This document shows positions 59,538-64,000 of a DNA stretch of 64,000 nucleotides, in pieces. The translations under genes were made by a program, and so were the position numbers. The first letter of the stretch is position 1; each line of letters starts with the position of its first letter. The stretch lies in the NCBI RefSeq assembly GCF_009914755.1, contig NC_060928.1. One strand, 5' to 3'. The notes under the pieces were generated by a model, which was given only the letters and a program-made list of their open reading frames with translations, was not told the DNA's origin and did not search any database. The DNA is from the human T2T-CHM13v2.0 reference genome, Homo sapiens.

Positions 59538-59797
59538 CATTCATATAAAGTGTTCCCCAACCTGTAACTACAACATTGTCATTTTCTGAGAGCTTCATTT
59601 TGGCTTCAGGAAGACAAATCTTACGAATGTACTCTGTAAAAGAAACTTCTTCAGCAAGCTGCACAAGGGCAATATCATCATGAAGCCCAGGACTGCTATA
59701 ATTTTCATGAAAAATAATGTTTTGGACTTTCCGTGTCATATATGGTTTATTTACTACAACTCCAAAGTTGACAGTCCAATCTTTTGAATTATTTTTC
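59538..59797 (-). CDS. TMPRSS11B: TMPRSS11B exon 8: catalytic Asp (HDDIAL)
   Basis: 260 bp, AG/GT bounded, inside ORF 59497..59826: KNNSKDWTVNFG...HDDIALVQL...ICLPE...VTGWGTLYMNG. Confidence 0.95.
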
Positions 59798-60164
59798 CTA
59801 GAGGACACAATGTAATTAGAATACACTCAGTTGCTGGGTCACAACACTGTTCTTAGTGGTGATTATCTCATAATTTTAAGGCATGAGGTTCCCAAACAAA
59901 ACTATAAACCACTGAAATTCTATTTTGAAAACTATCTTTGACATGGAGCTGTTGTAAATGTTGCAGTCACTTAAAAATAATGCTAAGGACTCAGATTTGT
60001 CAGCTTTCTGAAGATCTTTTCAAGTAGAGTCACTGATGTTTTCCCCTGCTTATTCAGTTCCATCCAGTTTCTGAACATTTAATTTGGTCAGGAATCACAT
60101 GAGCGTCCTCAATTCCATAAGTGGATGGGGTCCAGGATTAGTCTTATTGCCACATACCCTTGGT

Positions 60165-60555
60165 TTCAATAGCTACTTTTTTTTACCCTCACCCTTCTAC
60201 CACCCTCAAGTAGGCCCTAATGTCTATTGTTCCCCTCCTTGTATCCATATGTACTCAGTGTTTAGCTCCCACTTATAAGCAAGAAGATGTGGTATTTAGT
60301 TTTCTGTTCCAGCATTAATTCATTTAGTTTGGATAATAGCCTGCAACTGCATCCATGTTCCTGCAAAGGCCATGATTTTATTCTTTTTTATGACTGGATA
60401 GTATTCCATGGTGTATATGACCCATATTTTCTTTATCCAGTTCACCGTTGCTGGGCATCTAGGTTGATTTCATGTTTTTGCTATTGTGAGCTGTGGTGTA
60501 CATACAAGTGCATATGGCTTTTTGGTAGAACAATTTATCTTCCTTTGGATATACT
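60165..60555 (-). mobile_element. Older L1P 3' fragment
   Basis: Antisense TTTAGCTCCCACTTATAAG...GTATTCCATGGTGTATATG. Confidence 0.85.
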
Positions 60556-60796
60556 CAATTTTTGGGTCCAGATTAAATTTTACATCAGATGGATATGCTG
60601 TCTTTCTTCAAATTTCCATCGTACTTACTATCTTTGTAATACGTGTCATGTTTACAATACTATACAGCCTCGTACTTTTAATATATGACATTTAAATTTT
60701 CTCAACTAGATTATAAACTTCTGGATGGCAAGACAAGGAAGCACCTAGTAACTGGAGTCAGACACACTTGAATTCACATTCAGTTTCTATTATTTA

Positions 60797-61147
<351 letters not shown>

Positions 61148-61479
61148 TTAGTTTCCTCATCTTCAAATGGTTTTAACTATACCTTCCATACAGAATTGAA
61201 TGTTGTGATTAAATGAAATGATGTTAAGTAAAGCACTTAATGTCAGGCCAAGGTACCTATTTGGAAAATGTTAATTAATACTTCTATTTGCTTTTCTCTC
61301 CTTTCTCTAATTTAAATGCATTTCCTGCTCTTTAATTACGCAGGTGATTGTAAATGTTCTATGTGATTTTAAATTTCATATGGCCTTGGTGAACCTTGAC
61401 ACATTAAGTTAACCCCTACAAACTATCCAAAATAGTTTTGCACCTAGCATCCTTCATTTAGTCAAATTTTCAAACTTAC

Positions 61480-61657
61480 TTAGCAAAGCAGTGAGCTGCA
61501 GATAATAGCCACCTGCTGCTGATCAGAGAGGCTCCACAGTAGTGACGGCCTTTCCATTGCATGCTGGCCTGCCATGGCCATGCCCCCTCCAGGGAGCTTT
61601 TTCCATTCACAATTTTGTTGCCAGTTATGATACTGTTGGCTACTTGTCTCCCACAAC
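61480..61657 (-). CDS. TMPRSS11B: TMPRSS11B exon 7: activation site (K-IVNG) and catalytic His (AAHC)
   Basis: 178 bp, AG/GT bounded; [59 protein letters not shown]. Confidence 0.95.
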
Positions 61658-62104
61658 CTAGAGAAAGGATTTATTTACACGAGAGCAGGTATCTTTGATT
61701 ACGCATTATAAAAAATATATCATTAAAAATTACTTGAAACCTTTCAGTGATTATTCAACTTCTCCTAATTGATGACGTTTCTTTCCTACAAGATACTCCT
61801 GTGATGTTTCTGTATTCTATCTTGGTTTGAGTGGTTCTTACTTATCCTCTTTTCCAGTCTCAAGCATCTTTCAACCACTATTTTTTGTTGTGTCTATGTG
61901 TTATAACTCTTGTCTCTCTAAGCAGATTCTTGAAGGAGGAGCTTTGCCTCATTGGTGTCTACATCTTGCATAGTATATGCACTGCTGTCTGTAAGACACC
62001 ATGTGAACAAAAGATACTCCATAAATATCCATGGAGTGAATGAATGCATAAATGTATCTTGTGGAAAACATGATACTCTAAAGAGAATTTATTTAAAAGA
62101 TGTA

Positions 62105-62275
62105 ACAGGACAGCGATATGCTCCTATAGGCCCAGCTACTTGGGAGGCTGAGGCAGGAGGACTGCTTGAGCCCAAGAGTTCCAGGCTATAGTCCACTGTA
62201 ATTGCACCTGTGAATTGCACTCCAGCCCACACAACATAGCAACATCCCACCTCTAAAGCAAAAAATAATAATAAT
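62105..62275 (+). mobile_element. Degenerate Alu monomer
   Basis: CCCAGCTACTTGGGAGGCTGAGGCAGGAGG core and A tail. Confidence 0.85.
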
Positions 62276-62653
62276 TTTTAAGATGCAGAACTGTTTTTAT
62301 CTTTAATAAATATATTTTATATAGCCTGGTTTTATATTTTCTTCTTATCCTAAATTGTCATTTCCTTCAATCTTTCTCATTTTAACATATTCAAATATGA
62401 TATTTTTCACTCACAATTTTATTATTTGGAATCAATTTTCATTTAACTTTTTATATATTTTTTAATAAATGTTAAAATTAATAGACCAGTGTTTTTCAAA
62501 GAGAAATTCTAAGTCAATATCTGGTATATCTAGTAATTCGGAAAGCGTGTTATGGGATTTCCACATGACATATTTCAAGTATTTTTAATAGAAAAATAAT
62601 GAGAAAATACCTGTGAGTCCATCAAATTTATAATTAAAAGGTCCTTAACTTAC

Positions 62654-62692
62654 AGTTGTTGGTAAGCATTTCAGAAGCAGCCTTGCTGATTT
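62654..62692 (-). CDS. TMPRSS11B: TMPRSS11B coding exon 6 (end of SEA domain/linker, EISKAASEMLTNNC)
   Basis: 39-bp exon with tttcAG acceptor and GTaag donor; phase 1/1; translation matches the recalled TMPRSS11B (HATL5) protein. Confidence 0.92.
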
Positions 62693-62988
62693 CTGAAAGT
62701 GAAAAACAAAACAAAATATAAAATTGAGCAAATATCACCAAGCAATTGACTTCAACCTAAGAACATAAATGCTAACTTTCCTAACCCAATATTGTCCAAC
62801 ATTTAACTATTTGGAGTAGTTCAGGTATTTTCAGCCCCTCTGACTCTTATTTGTTACATTATAACCATCTCTCCATATCTCTACTAGGTAGCCTAGAAAA
62901 AGAGAAAAGGGAATAAAAAACAAAAATCAGTTTTATGATTATTGAAGTAAAATATTCAGTGCTGTAAGAAGCTGGCACCCTTACAAAT

Positions 62989-63138
62989 TGTTTTTTTATT
63001 ATACTTTAAGTTTCAGGGTACATGTGCACAACGTGCAGGTTTGTGACATATGTATACACGTGCCATGTTGGTGTGCTGCACCCATTAACTCGTCATTTAA
63101 CATTAGGTATATCTTCTAATGCTGTCCCTCCCCCCTCC
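62989..63138 (-). mobile_element. Short 5'-truncated L1PA 3' end
   Basis: Antisense L1 3'UTR; TSD CCCTTACAAAT at 62978-62988 and 63139-63149. Confidence 0.93.
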
Positions 63139-63305
63139 CCCTTACAAATACTTTTAAGAGATCATGATAGAGATTTCTTTCCCATGATAATTCTCTTTAC
63201 TCTGAAATGCTCAGAATTATATATATTTTAAGGAAAAATGTCCCAATTAAAATTATACTTCACTGAGCCCATCCTGCTCTTTAGGGAAATCTCCTTACTA
63301 AGAAT

Positions 63306-63959
63306 GAATCATGAAATTTTGAGAACTTAAATTTAAATCTTTTTCCTATTGGTAAAAGACTTTAGAGAGAAGGAGAAGAGGAGGAAACTAAAGAAACACT
63401 AGAAAATGCTGACTATACTCTATGGGACACAGAAAGAGAGTAAACAACGTATCCCTCTTTCCCAAAAGCTACTCACAGAAAAATTTTATTGCTCCCTTGA
63501 AAAGTTCTACCTCAGGTTCCCTTCTTATTAGTGGTTCACTGGTAACGGGGTCTTTATTGTGTGGCAAAAGAGCGGTAACTGGCAGATGTTGCTGGCCTTT
63601 CAAGCCCTCGAAGACCCTAGGATTAATTGTCTGGCTGGAAGAACCATGAAACTGGACTCTGAAATCATATGCTTATCACCTAGCTGGACTTTTAACAATC
63701 CAAGTGACAGTTTCAAGACCTTTGCAAAACCTTCACAATCTTTACAAACTTCACTTTCTGTAAGGAGGCAAAATCTTATCATTTTTCTGTGAGAAGCTTT
63801 TGGGAAAGAGGGATAGATTGTTTACTCTCTTTCTGTGTCCCATAGAGTATACTCAGCATTTTCTAGTGTTTCTTTAGTTTCCTCCTCTTCTCCTTCCCTC
63901 TAAAGTCTTTTACCAATAGGAAAAAGATTTAAATTTAAGTTCTCAAAATTTCATGATTC
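63306..63959. repeat. Long inverted repeat, 179-bp arms with 296-bp spacer
   Basis: 63306-63484 is the reverse complement of 63781-63959 with 5 mismatches by manual alignment. Confidence 0.95.
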
Positions 63960-64000
63960 CCTTGTTTTCTAGGGAATTTTCCAGACAATTTTTTTCTTTA

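Overview
Primate, almost certainly human, genomic DNA from the type II transmembrane serine protease (TMPRSS11/HAT-DESC) cluster. On the minus strand, the last five coding exons (6-10) of TMPRSS11B lie at the right end. Downstream is a complete 10-exon disabled paralog (TMPRSS11BNL-like, ATG at 48193 to ancestral stop at 17254) that I could rebuild exon by exon with its lesions. A CpG-rich ferritin light chain processed pseudogene (FTLP10-like) sits convergent to it on the plus strand. The rest is mostly transposon-derived: a full THE1 element, MST/MLT LTRs, many Alus, MIR/L2 and old L1s. The most unusual items are four. First, a 9-kb composite LINE-1 with one 5'UTR, two tandem ~2.9-kb ORF2-3'UTR units with different subfamily-type tails, and shared private mutations. 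Second, a 179-bp, ~97%-identical inverted repeat in a TMPRSS11B intron. Third, a 42-bp hairpin near pseudo-exon 3. Fourth, a paired AP-1 palindrome upstream of the pseudogene start. I see no convincing wholly new gene system. Gene names and repeat subfamilies come from recognition, not database search.
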